From contig NC_043002.1 in NCBI RefSeq assembly GCF_006345805.1, positions 60,822,001-60,886,000 on the forward strand: a stretch of DNA of 64,000 nt, read 5' to 3'. How positions within the stretch are numbered: the first letter of the stretch is position 1; each line of letters begins with the position of its first letter. Position numbers and translations under genes: made by a program. Positions 1 to 12,826 of this stretch are shown here, piece after piece. This DNA comes from Octopus sinensis. Taxonomy: Eukaryota. A model generated the notes under the pieces. It did not search any database, was not told the origin of the DNA, and was given only the letters and a program-made list of their open reading frames with translations.

Positions 1-1534
1 TGATTCGCATACTCGGTGTATCGTTAACTCATTTCGAACAAAGATTGAAATGGTCTGATCTGGAGCACTTTTCTATACACGAAACTATTTGAAAATGTAA
101 ATATGCGTTAAATTTTACTTGCAAAAATCAAAAAATATATTTAGCTGTCATCAACTATTCTTGCGGTGCCTGACAAACCACAAAACGTAGAATATTTACA
201 ATGAATTATATATAGTCAAGGAAAAGACTATATCGTATGAGATTTGTCTAAATACTTGCTACTAATTTGCTAATAGGTAGGAATAAAAATGACAACTGAA
301 TAATACAATAAATTATACACGAAATTATATTGATGCCAAATGGGTTTTATATCAAATGATTGAAATCGCAATGGATTCATCGCTTTATTGACTTGATTTA
401 TATCGTAACGATTTAGCAGAGTGTAAGAAGATATGATAAATGTCAAGAAATATGTGTTTCTAGAACTTTCATCTCCCTCCAGGTTTGACTTTCACTTTCT
501 AATAATTATAGGTTCATAATACGTATAAACTTTCGCTCATTCAAATCTATTTCCCATCTGATTAAATGTCTCGGCATCAATCAATCTTGTACTTTCATAG
601 AATTGGCTCTCTTTCAATCTCTCTTGATCCTGAAACATAATCTCTGATATATTTTGACAGTACAGCTATTTACTATTCAAAATATAAATGTATACCTATT
701 TCTGGAAGTAGTAGATATTTAAGTATCTCTCACTCTCTCTATCTTTAATTACCCATAATATATGTGAGCGTGTGCATGAGTGTTTGATTTGTGTGTGTGT
801 GGTTTGTGTATGTGTATGTATGTATATATTATAGTCGTTATACTAAATTATATTCATTATTACAGGAGACTCGCTTTCATCATGTAGAGATTTACATTGG
901 CTGTGGTTGCCTGGTTCTTTATTTGGTCTTTTCGTAGGCTTCTAATTTTTCTTTGGGGTAGGTATGGACTATGTAAATGGTAAGTGGCGATTATGTAGGT
1001 AGATAGGGAAGCAGTTATCCTGTAAGGAGAATAGTCAAGGATAAAACAAACGTATTTCTAGGTTGTGAGTTAATTTAAATATATGGTGAGGAGATTTGCT
1101 TTGGTTTGATGGTGGAATTTCCATAAGGTTTAGGATTCTGTCAGGTGTGGAACTAAAGGTGTAATGTAATGTGTCAAATTCAGGTCACGACAGTTTTTGA
1201 ATATGTGATTGGATTTTGTTGTGGTTAAGGGTCACCAAAAAATGTTTGTCGATAATACAGTTAATAAAAAGTACGGGTCACATTGAGGTACAATTTGGTC
1301 TGGGTGTCATTAGCTTTCTCTTCAGAAATATTGAATAAGGTTTTAGCGGGGAGTTTGGATCCAGAAGACTATCTTACTATACGTATTTATGAAGATTCTG
1401 TCATCTGTTTCAACATGGTTTTATATATATTAATAATCCATGAATGCAAAGAGTACAAAGTAAATTAAAGTGCGATAATTATAAAAAAGCAAACGCTTCA
1501 AAGTCACAGTGAACACTGAAAATGAATAAATCTT

Positions 1535-1783
1535 TCTTTTTCTTATATTCTTTAAATTCTTTCAGTCATTTGATTGCGGTCATGATGGAGCACCGCATTT
1601 AGTCGAGCAAATAGACCCCAGAACTTAATCTTTGTCAGCCTAGTACTTATTCTGTCAGTCAGTTCTTGTCGAACCGGTAAGTTACGAGGACGTAAACACA
1701 CCAGCATCAGTTGTTAAGCGATGTTGGGGGAGAAACAGACAACATATACATGCATACATGTACAATATATATATATATATAAC

Positions 1784-1838
<55 letters not shown>

Positions 1839-1927
1839 ATGTACATATATATATGTACATATATAATATTATATATATATATATCTATATATATATATAT
1901 ATATATATAATATAAGATATAATATAT

Positions 1928-1965
<38 letters not shown>

Positions 1966-2140
1966 TATATATATACCACGGGCTTGTTTCAGTTTCCGTC
2001 TACCAAATGAACTCCCAAGGCTATTGTCGGCCCGAGGCTATAGTAGAAGACACTTGCCAAGGTGCCACGCAGTGGGACTGAACTGAGAACCATGTGGTTG
2101 GTAAGCAAGATACCAACCACACAGCCACTCCTGCGCCTAT
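1535..2140 (-). mobile_element. tRNA-headed SINE, family A (CORE-like), with internal (TA)n microsatellite
   Basis: Minus strand reads ATAGGCGCAGGAGTGGCTGTGTGG (A-box-like) ... GTTCAGTCCC (B-box-like) ... CACCTTGGCAAGTGTCTTCTACT (CORE-like), then (TA)n at about 1745-1977, then the 3' half ending in a GGTGCTCCATCATGACCGCAATCAAATGACTGAAA tail. Near-identical architecture at 21158, 34457 and 37971. Confidence 0.85.
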
Positions 2141-2270
2141 AGTAAATATTTATTTCTATAAAACGTATTGTGTAATCCATTACATTAATGATAAATTGTT
2201 TTTGATTTTAAATTTGACACGTAAACATATCAATACACATACATACTAACACACACATACAAACAGACAT

Positions 2271-2313
<43 letters not shown>

Positions 2314-2373
2314 TGTGTGTGTGTGTATGTGTGTGTGTGTGTGTGTGTGTGTATCTGTGTGTGTGTGTATGTG

Positions 2374-2405
<32 letters not shown>

Positions 2406-3056
2406 GTAATCGACATATGTGATCCAGTGATTCTCGGTACAGAAAATATTTAGTTGCCCGCAAATGATTCGAACTAAGTCGCCGATGTATTTGCGTCAAC
2501 GATGTCTTTACGAGGAATTCTCTTGAGCAGATATGGAGGCAATTATGCAGATAATCAAATTTAATATAACAGCCTGGGATTTATGTGTGTGCGCGCGCGC
2601 GTGTGTGTGCTTGCGTGTGCTGAAGGAAACGTTCATTCCTAAGTAAAATTTTATTGTCAGATGGGATTATGTGTTATTAAACAAGAAATGGAAGGCCCTT
2701 CATTACTGAAATTCAGACACGAATATTTTTCCGAAAAACATACTCAGATATAGAACAATCTGATAGTAATATAGTGTTCTACTAAGATATAGAATTTGAA
2801 AAAACTCTGATCAATAAGTATTTGATGTTTTTTTATCGATCTCCGACACATAAAGTAAGCAAGCAATTACGAGATATACATGTAACATAGTAACCCATAC
2901 GATTATATATACATACATACACACACACACATACACACACACATATATATATATATAATCGTATTTATGAATATAAATGTATATATATGTATGTATATAT
3001 ATGTGTGTGTGTGTATGTGTATGCATATGTCTATATGTATATATGTATATATATAT

Positions 3057-3559
3057 AATGATAAATATCAAAGTGAGTTATATACAGTAGCGGTAACACA
3101 TCGTGACGTATTTTTGCCATTTCAATATGGCTAACCCCTAAGGGTGGATGCTACTGTAGTTTTTAGCCCCAGGAGGACACACTCCTCCAGCTGGCCATAG
3201 ACACACTATCTGTGTTACCGCTACTGTATATAACTCACTTTGATATTTATCATTGTTTGATTTCACTTTTTCAATATCAGCGACAGTGGGCGCTGGAAAA
3301 AGTATAAGTATTTGTGAAGGAAATCTAATTCTCGGCGACAACTATGATTGTCACACGCTGACGAGAGGTCAATACCTCGAAACTCGAGTCCGTGTGTATC
3401 ATAAGTTGAAGACGGGAAGGATGACTTCCCTTTGCAAATACTGACAGGACACAGATAGTGTGTCTATGGCCAGCTGGAGGAGTGTGTCCTCCTGGGGCTA
3501 AAAACTACAGTAGCATCCACCTTAGGGGTTAGCCATATTGAAATGGCAAAAATACGTCA

Positions 3560-3563
<4 letters not shown>
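3057..3563. mobile_element. Penelope-type terminal unit with nested inverted repeats and an internal hammerhead
   Basis: 3101-3215 is the reverse complement of 3449-3562 (one indel); 3057-3100 is the exact reverse complement of 3211-3254; canonical hammerhead at 3352-3396; (TA)n on both sides. Confidence 0.7.
3352..3396 (+). ncRNA. Minimal type I hammerhead ribozyme, canonical core
   Basis: CACACG-CTGACGA-GAGGT-caat-ACCTC-GAAA-CTC-GAG-TC-CGTGTG: 6-bp stem I, CUGAnGA core, 5-bp stem II, GAAA, palindromic stem III (ACTCGAGT), GUC cleavage triplet after 3390. Confidence 0.88.
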
Positions 3564-3607
<44 letters not shown>

Positions 3608-3709
3608 TATATATATGTATACAGATAGATACAGATATATAGATATATGAACATATATACATACATACATACATACATACATACCTACATACATACATAC
3701 ATACATACA

Positions 3710-3742
<33 letters not shown>

Positions 3743-4064
3743 GCAGATGAAGCCAACGATATTACCTAACAGTATTGAACAGAGGCGTATAATGTAAGAT
3801 GCAATGACAGATACATAGAGAGAAGAGATGAAAACGGATTGTACATAGAAACATAGAGTGAAACATAGAGTGAAAAGAAAATGAGTAGTGTCACGTCTTT
3901 ATGTAGCAATAACACTATAGCTGAGTACCATAAATTGACCATGCGTTTAGTTTCAGTCAAAATATAGGATACTTCAATTAGTTTCTGTGAAATGGGTGTT
4001 CTAATAGGTAAAAATAAAGAAAATTAAATGATACACAATAAGCTTTTCTACTATTAGCACAAGC

Positions 4065-4252
4065 TCTGAATTTTGCGGGAGAGGACTAGTCGATTAAACC
4101 AACCCCAGTGTTTCACTGTTACTTATATCATCGACCTCGAAAGGATGAAAGGCAAAGTCGACCTCGGCGGAATTTGAACTCAGAATATAGCACACGAGAT
4201 ACCGCTAACCATTTCACCCGGCGGGCTAACGATTCTGTCTGTTCGCCACCTT
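4065..4252 (-). mobile_element. tRNA-headed SINE, family B
   Basis: Reverse complement of the family B body (...TTCTGAGTTCAAATTCCGCCGAGGTCGACTTTGCCTTTCATCCTTTCGAGGTCGAT...), matching copies at 35236, 47102 and 54226. Confidence 0.8.
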
Positions 4253-4292
4253 GAATGATACACAATAACTACTCATAGACATATTGAGCCCC

Positions 4293-4364
<72 letters not shown>

Positions 4365-4407
4365 ATGTATATATATATATATGGATGTATATATGTATAT
4401 ATGTATG

Positions 4408-4453
<46 letters not shown>

Positions 4454-4563
4454 TATATATATGTATATATGTACGTATGTATATATATGTATATATGCAT
4501 GTATATATAAATGTATGTATGTATATTATATATATATAAATGTATGTGTATATGTGTTTGTGT

Positions 4564-4612
<49 letters not shown>

Positions 4613-5189
4613 GCTCCTTCAGGCCTCCGAGATGGCCAAATGAATGAAGAGGCCCAGGAACTTCAATATGGCTACAGGAAGACGGGCTGATACTGACCAA
4701 TGAGGATTACATGATGTTACAGTGGGCAAAGACGCTTGGTAAGCGACAGCAATTCCATTTGAAAAAACGGTGGACAGGAAGCTGGTGGTGTGTGCACGCG
4801 CATGTATACACGTGTTTATGTGTGTTTCTGTGTGTACATGTGCGCGCTTGTATCACTTTGGGTGCTTCTGTGCAAATATATACATAAATGTATGTACGTA
4901 TGTATGTAAACATATCTATGAGATATTCATTATTTTTTCGTTTTCTTTCATATCCCTTCTGTTACACTTTGTCATCTTTATGTCTTCTTATTTCTTCCTT
5001 TTTATCCTTTCTCATATAGTCTCTCCATCACTGCACTATGTGACAAATGTATATTTGCATATGCAAAACCTTTCAATTGTCAATCATAATTTCCTTGTAG
5101 ATCCTATGCAACTATATGTAAAACTCGGAGAAGAAAGTGACTAAGACATATCATTATATATGTGTGTTTGTGTGTGTGTATGTATTTTT

Positions 5190-5990
5190 TCTTTTATTTA
5201 TTTCTTTTTGCTGGTTTCAGCCAGAGGCTAGGGCCATACTGGAGCACCGCCTTTCAGTATGTTGGTGTCCCCTTTCTGGACTGTTTTTGGTGCAGAAGCG
5301 AGTTGGATGGAGCTGCTCTTCTTCGTACCTCCTGCTGTGATGTAGGCTGATTTGGGATTTCAGATAGAAATTTGTTCAGGTGCTTTTTGATGGTTTCTAC
5401 ATCTACACCTCACAAATTTGTGAGATTATTTGGTAGGATGTTAAACATTTGTCGTCCCTTAACCCCCAAGCTGTTGCACTATTAGATCCTTATCCAAAGT
5501 GAAGAAGACGGTATCTTTGTTTTTATGGGTGCCGTCCAGTTCAGTGATTGGTATAGCTTTCAATTTCAAAGTTGGACGCTAGACCTTCCAGAATCATCCT
5601 TATGTGTGTATCACTACTTACCTCTCGCGCCTTCTCTGTAAAGAGTTGAGCTTCAGTTCTTTTAGCCTCTCCCAGGAACTCATCCGTTTCACCGAGTCAG
5701 TCTTGTTTGTGTAGTTGCACTGGTTTGCCTCAAGTGTGCCACCAATTTGACGCTCTGCAGCGAACACAGACAGGAGCAGTAATCCAGAAGACTAAGAACA
5801 GAATCTCCTACACGAGAGTAGCAAGGTGACCCTATTTATGGTTTTGAATGATCTTAGGATCTATGGATCCATCCAGCGCCTGCACAGTGTTGCTGTCTTG
5901 GTAAAATAAATAAATCTTAAAGGCTTCTACAACTTCATTAAAGTGTTTGTCTCGGTTCAGTACATGACAGAGCCATTGTTTGAAGAAGAC
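5190..5990 (-). mobile_element. CR1-group LINE 3' fragment (degenerate RT thumb plus 3' tail)
   Basis: Minus-strand broken translation gives ..LKELKLNSLQRRRER..ILEGL..NFEIESYTN..SLGVKGRQMFNILP..HLNKFLSEIPNQP, matching 27220-28178 and 39600-40265; ends in a GGCGGTGCTCCAGTATGGCC..CTGAAAC tail. Confidence 0.7.
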
Positions 5991-6059
5991 GGTTCGCTAC
6001 TTGCAGACACCAAAAAAAATAATAAACCAAAGGCAAAAATGATAGGAGTCCCAGGGATG

Positions 6060-6320
6060 TCCACACTATTAAGTCGGCCCTCAAATAGAGAACATAGTTA
6101 TACAGTACACTTTTAACTTTTCGGATGTAAAAACTTCTTCAGATACTACAGAACGTCTTCTCCGGTTAAGCAAATATGGAAGAATTTGATTCTTAAGGTT
6201 CATCCCGTCTTATATCGTCACCAACTGCGATGAAACTTGTAATCAACCATTTTCTGAAAGCGGGCATAATTTAAATTACTCAAAAAATTATCTTGTCTAT
6301 GATATAAAATAACTTTGTTC
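6060..6320 (-). mobile_element. Probable Penelope-like 3' end with decayed hammerhead register
   Basis: Minus strand has ..LKNQILPYLLNRRR-like ORF end followed by CTGAAGA (6142-6136) ... GAAA (6122-6119); stem II is incomplete. Confidence 0.4.
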
Positions 6321-6966
6321 GTCTTTGATGTAGAAATATAATATTCTACTGACTATTCAGAATTCTTAGCGGGTCTCTTTTCTTTGCTCACTTCCCTTAC
6401 ACACACACACGTTTGTATGTATATGTGTGTGTGTATGTAACACAAATTATGCATAATTGTGTATAAAGAATGGTGTATAACGAATATTATGTAAAGAGAT
6501 TGGTAGATATAGAAAAATGTATAAATGTATGTTTATATGTGTGTGTATATGAGTGTATGCGTATGTGTATGAATGTATTCGTCTGTGTGTGTGTATGTGT
6601 GTGTATGTAGAAATACAACCATATTTATTACATGCCTCCATGAGAATTGATTTTATCTTTCGTCTGTCCAAGATCAATAAAATATATGCCAGTCTACACT
6701 TTCTGTGCTCAATAAACTCAACTCTATTTACCTTTGATGGTATTGCCGCGATTTGATCATAGTTTAATAACTGGAAACAATCTGCTTACAACCCCAGTCA
6801 TTCTATGTTGAATGTCTTTCCTCCCCGTAAGTTTCTGCCTGTGTTTCCACAGCCTTCATTTCCTCATTCCAGCATCGGCCAAGAAGGGTCTCTGTGTGTC
6901 GCTCAACATGCTAGACATAGCAATAAAATTTTCCCCGAAACTTTTCCCTACCGTTTTTAAAATGAG

Positions 6967-6968
6967 GT

Positions 6969-7029
<61 letters not shown>

Positions 7030-7067
7030 GAGGAGGAGGAGGAGGAGGAGGAGGAGAAGAAGAAGGG

Positions 7068-7151
<84 letters not shown>

Positions 7152-7190
7152 TAGTAGTAGTAGTAGTAGTAGTAGTAGTAATAGCAGCAG
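6967..7190. repeat. Compound trinucleotide microsatellite (GTA)n-(GGA)n-(GAA)n-(GCA)n-(GTA)n
   Basis: Read directly; explains the poly-S/R/V/L/T/Y ORFs at 6812-7303. Confidence 0.95.
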
Positions 7191-7289
7191 CAGTCCCATT
7201 GTTGCTGAATTTTTTGTTCGTTATTTTCGTGCATAACATATAAATATGGTTTATTAATTTTTATTTTCCATCTTTGATAATGAGTGCTG

Positions 7290-7900
7290 GAAATTAGTGC
7301 CATCTTAAGCTATCTTTGGAAAAAGCGAGTGACTGCAAAGGAAGCTGCAAAACGAATTAATGCTGTTGCAGGCCTAGAATGTCTCAACGACTGTGTGGCA
7401 TAAAACAAGTTCTGGCATTCAAAAGAAGGTGACACCAGCCCCCAAGACGAAGCAATATCAGTGAAACTGTCAATTAGTGAAGATAAGGTCTTGCTTGAAA
7501 TGGTTGAACAATTACCAAGCACAAGCACTCGTACATTGTGGGCAGAATATGATCCTTCAAAAAGCACTATTAGTCGATACCTCCATAAATTCGGTCTTAT
7601 AAACGGACGCTTCAGAGACGCTCATGAACTGGTGCAAAATCCTCGAGAAGCCCCCTTTTGACTGGGGATGATAAATTGGTCTTTTTTCATACCCTAATAA
7701 GAGAAATCATTGGCTTCGTTCCGGCCAGGCATCAGAACCTCTTGCCGAACAAGGGCGGTTTGAACAGAAGGTCAAGTTGTGTGTTTTATTGAATTTCGAA
7801 TGAGTTTTCCACATTGACTCAGTTGGTCATACTGTGAACTCTAACAAGTATGCTCAACAACTGCATCGTGTGTACAATGTTTTGAAAGCCCAGTTAATCC
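7290..7900 (+). pseudogene. Mariner transposase remnant (HTH plus N-terminal catalytic region)
   Basis: Broken translation: TAKEAAKRINAV..GDTSPQDE..VLLEMVEQLPSTSTRTLWAE..SKSTISRYLHKFG..HEL..TGDDKLV..QKVKLCV..TVNSNKYAQQL; typical mariner layout with stops and frameshifts. Confidence 0.75.
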
Positions 7901-8024
7901 GATCAACAGAACTGATTGTTTGTGAGATTAACGTGTAAGTGGTTGAGCGCCCCAAAGTCACGCGTACCCCTTCTCATAATTCGCTGGGCTATCCAGCGTG
8001 ATACACTCTATGACAAGGCTTGAA

Positions 8025-8165
8025 ATATAGGTACTACTCATTTTTGCCAGCTGAGTGGACAGAAGCGACATGAAATAAATTGCCTCGATAGGGACACAAG
8101 GCACCGCCGGGAATCGAACTCACGACCTTTCAATTGCAAACCAGATATCCTAACGACTAAGGCAT
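8025..8165 (-). mobile_element. tRNA-headed SINE, family C head (H2), truncated
   Basis: Minus strand TAGTCGTTAGG..GAGTTCGATTCCCGG..TGTGTCC..TTTATTTCATGTCGCTTCTGTCCACTCAGCTGGCAAAAATGAG, same as 46235-46565 and 47850-48105. Confidence 0.7.
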
Positions 8166-8169
8166 ATAT

Positions 8170-8655
8170 GCCAAGATACTCAGCATACGCATCCTCCTTC
8201 AGCAGCGTCGTCTTCGTTGACATGTCCATGTATATCGCATGCCTGGCAGGAGGATCCCAAAAGACCTACTTCATGGGAAATTGACTACTAACGCAAGAGC
8301 ATGAGGACGACCTCATCTTTGTTTCAAGGACGTTTGTAAGAGATATATAAAGTCTCTTGATCTGATAGTCTAGAGAAGGGAGTAGGTCGCAAATGACCGC
8401 CCCCGCCTGAGGCAAATACTGTGAAAGGGGATGAAGCGAGGGCAAACGAAACAGGAAATCGCCACCGAAGAAGAGCGCACTTGACAAAAAGAAAAGCCAG
8501 TAGAGTCGGCAGAGAGCACCATGAAATATTTGTCGCTATGTGTTTGACTTTCTATCTGGCTGTGGGTTTGTGTGGTCTCACATGATGCCGCATCATCATT
8601 CAGCAGCTGAAAGAATTTCTTCGGGTGCAGATCCATGGTCTCTCAAGACTGACGT
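8170..8655 (+). mobile_element. RTE-clade LINE 3' fragment (degenerate)
   Basis: Translation: SIRILLQQRRLR*..RMPGRRIPKDLLHGKL..GRPHLCFKDVCKR..NDRP..; ends CCATGGTCTCTCAAGACTGACG. This is the characteristic RTE C-terminal pattern. Confidence 0.75.
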
Positions 8656-8675
8656 TTGCTACGATATATATATAT

Positions 8676-8725
<50 letters not shown>

Positions 8726-8739
8726 ATATAATATATATA

Positions 8740-8770
<31 letters not shown>

Positions 8771-9509
8771 CATATATATGTATATATATATATAATATAT
8801 ATATATATATGCATATATGGGTACAGGACGTCACCAACATAAACAACATAAATACGACCACAAATGAGTTAAATACGCAAACAAAGAGAGAGAAAAATGG
8901 AAAACAGGACAAGTAACACAAAGAACGATCCTTCAGTTGTCAGCTGTCAATCTACTCCTCATTTCGAGCATTCTACGGCAATATGCATCTTTGAAGATAG
9001 ATGATCCCATAAATGCCAAAATAATATATTGGATTTATGGAGGGTTAAAGTTAGGAAAAAAAACAGGTCAGTGGAGACCGAACAAAAACAAACATGAAAG
9101 GTCGTTGGAACAGAACGATAAAATAGCGAACGCTGGGGAAATATTTTCTTTGAAAAGAGAAAAGATAGAAGACGTCCAGTCCTTAGGACAGTCCTGAATG
9201 AAAAGAATGATCGCGTGAGGAAAAGAAAGATGGACGTTGGTCACCAGTGAGCAACGAGAGAGAGACAAAGTGGGAGAGTGGGAGAATGAGACAGATGAGA
9301 AAAAGGTGAAGGGAAGAAAAAGGGAAGTAGAGAAGGATGGGGGAGGAAACAGTATCGAATAGCGTCGCATTAGTAAGGTTAAGATAAACTTACTTGGAAA
9401 TGGATACGTTGAGTTCAATTAAATAATAATATAAATAATATATATATATGTATTTGACCGCAAGCTCCAAAAGTTCTTTTTTTATTCTCTCTGTTTATTT
9501 CATCGCGTT

Positions 9510-9547
9510 TCTTTCTGTTGAAGAGCGTAGGCTCGAAACGTAAATGA
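9510..9547 (+). ncRNA. Hammerhead-like fold with A6U core (PLE-type terminal unit)
   Basis: TCTTT-CTGTTGA-A-GAGC-gtag-GCTC-GAAA-CG-TA-AATGA; stem I with one mismatch, 4-bp stem II, palindromic ACGT stem III. Related copies at 21088-21122 and 22500-22537. Confidence 0.6.
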
Positions 9548-9688
9548 CTTTGTCACATTCCTGACCGTTAAACTAATACACCTATTTCTTGTTTATACAC
9601 CTGTCTTCGTCTTTTGTTTTTCTGTAAATTTGAACTGTATATATATGTGTGTGTATGTGTGTGTGCATATACAGGTACAGGACGTCAT

Positions 9689-9743
<55 letters not shown>

Positions 9744-9754
9744 ATGTGTGTATG

Positions 9755-9795
<41 letters not shown>

Positions 9796-11120
9796 ATGTA
9801 TGTAAGCATACGTATAAATATAATCCTATCTGTGGATTCGTGTTATTTCAAGTGCTTCTCTATGTGTGTGTATATGTTAAATATGTATGTATATATACAA
9901 ATGCATATATCTACGTACTTACATACACAGACATATACATTCACATGCATACATATATACAAACAAATATATATATATACATATGTTCATGTATATAAAT
10001 ATATATATATGCATATATGTATGTATGTCGGATGAATACATATGTGTGTGTTGTACACTCGTAATGTGTTAATACATAAATATCTTAATATACGTAGACA
10101 TAATGAAAACAATATCATTATGGTTGTTATTTTATCATTGTCTTTAGCATTATTACATTATAATACATTACAAAGTATTAATACCATATATCGCACAGGA
10201 CTTTTATTTAACCACACATACTCCATTTTTACTTTTGTTGTTTTTGTTTAACTACTGCTTTATTTTTGTTGTTTTTTTTTGTTATGGTTATTTTCTTCAC
10301 AATAAAATATGGTTGAGTTCATTTTTGATTCTGTCTCAATGAAAATATTTCTAAAATATATTGATTAGAAAAATAAAGGTTAAACGAAAAACATGAAAAC
10401 AAGTAGAGTTCAAAAAGAAAAAAAAAACTAAAAGACAAACAAACAAACAAACAAACATAAACTATATCAACCAAACAATACAATAATAAAACAATAGAAA
10501 CTATAAAAAAAAAGCAACAACAAAAAAACAAGGTAGAAAGAAATACTATATAAATCATAAATTTTCATTCAATTGAATGAAATTCTGTGTAATTTCGATT
10601 GAATGCACTTTGAAATTAAATTGAAAAGTGAATATCTATTATTTATTGTTTATATTTTATGTTTTCCTGTATTTATTCTTGTTGTTGTTGTTGATTTTGT
10701 CGTTGTTGCTATTGTTGCTTTTGTTGTTGTTGCTCTTGTTGTGACGGTGGTAGTTGTTGTTCTCATGGTTAGTTGTGTTTCTGATTTTATATACGTAACT
10801 AATTTTCTTTATTTTGATTGGTATTTTTGAGGCTCTACTATTATTCTGTATTAATTTTTCTTTCATTTTATTTTATTTCATTTTAATTTATATTATTATG
10901 ATTTTTTTGTATTTATTAATTTTTTCCTAATATTATCAAATTTAATTTCGAAGTAGTAGTTTATGATTAAAATTAGTCCTGACTTTTATCGTCGCCAATA
11001 AGAAAGCGCGTTTAAAAGTATATACAAGTATATACAGGTGTATATATATGTGTGTGTGTGTGTGCGCGCGCGAGCGTGTGTGTGTATATATATGTATGTA
11101 CATATATATATATGTATATA

Positions 11121-11162
<42 letters not shown>

Positions 11163-11305
11163 TATATATTATATGTGTGTGTATGTATATACGTATGTAT
11201 ATATATATATATATAGATATATACATATATATATACAAGTATATATATATACATATGTGTTTGCATACACATACACGCACACGGTTCGCACACACACGCA
11301 GACAG

Positions 11306-11336
<31 letters not shown>

Positions 11337-12735
11337 AATAAATATAAATACATGTATTTGTATGTAAGTAGAATTTGTATATAACATTTCAAGTGTTTAT
11401 CTCTATGAAAATATAAATATAAAAATTAAATATGCTTATGTGTGTATGTGTCTGTATATGCGTGTGTAATATGTGTGCAAGTGTCTGTACAGACATCTAT
11501 ACATGTATAACGATACAGATATACGTGAATATATATATACGAGTACGACCATACATATATGTATAAATATTGCATATAAGTATACACACGCATATTACGT
11601 TGTATACACAAACATAAACACACACGTATATATATATATAATATATATATAATATATATATATATTATATATATATATATATATATATTATATACATATA
11701 TGTATGTATATAATTTATATAAGTCTGCATATGCCTATCTCTTTTTCTATTTTGCCATCTCACATTCTCACTATCTTTTTATTTCTTTTAACGTGTATAT
11801 ATAGTCACATATTGCATACATGTACTTAAATACATTGATACTTATATAACAATATACACATGCACACATACGTACAGATACATACATACGCACATACATG
11901 TATATATGTATATATATATATATATATATATAGACATATATGGGTGTATGCCTACATATATATATATGCGTGTATATGTATATATCTATATGTATATTTA
12001 TATCTATATATGTATGTATATATGTATATCTATATATGTATATATCTATATCTATATGTATATATGTATGTAAGCATATATGTATATATAGGTATTTATG
12101 CGTACGAGCATGTGCGTGTATTTGTTCCTATGTATGTGTATATATATATATATATATGTCTATCAATATATATATATATATATATCATTAGAAGTCATAT
12201 TTTTGGCAAAGTCAACAGGGTAGCGATTCCTATGTCTCAGCTGGTATCAATCATATCAAATTGTTCCTCTTCGGCAATCATGTCTGCGTTCGCTTTGCTG
12301 GAATCTGTCTGTCTGGTCGAGCCATTTTCCCCATGTTTATGGTCTTACGTGGTTAGGAACATACAACACACGCATAAATGCATACACTCATAACTACCTA
12401 ACGGCATACGTACACGCATACATATACACATAATGCATACGTACATTCATACGTATGTACGTATGCACGTGCTTACGTAAGTACATCCCTACATAGAAAT
12501 ATACGTGCATACATACATACATACATACATACATACATACATACATACATACATGAACATTCACACACACAAACACACACAAATGTGTGGGTTCGTGTAT
12601 GCATGCGTTTATATATATAGATATATATATATTCACATGTGTATATATAAATATACATACTGATATATATATGTGTGTGTGTGTGTGTGTGTAATTGCCT
12701 GCGTGTATGTAGTTATCTGTCTATACATCTGGTGA

Positions 12736-12782
<47 letters not shown>

Positions 12783-12789
12783 TCATAGT

Positions 12790-12826
<37 letters not shown>

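Noticed and set aside
850-1470. Possible degenerate retroelement ORF on the minus strand (and the 61-aa + ORF 1283-1468)
   Set aside because: No recognisable motif could be read through the stops.
3101-3562. Simple MITE interpretation of the 115-bp inverted repeat
   Set aside because: No TA duplication at the left end, an extra inverted segment and an internal hammerhead fit a PLE-type terminus better.
4623-4738. Candidate exon with good acceptor (TTGCTCCTTCAG) and donor (GTAAGC)
   Set aside because: All three frames contain a stop and no partner exons were found; it could only be a non-coding or terminal exon.
12237-12343. Candidate minus-strand terminal exon ([34 protein letters not shown])
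   Set aside because: Weak acceptor, unrecognised peptide, no supporting upstream exon.
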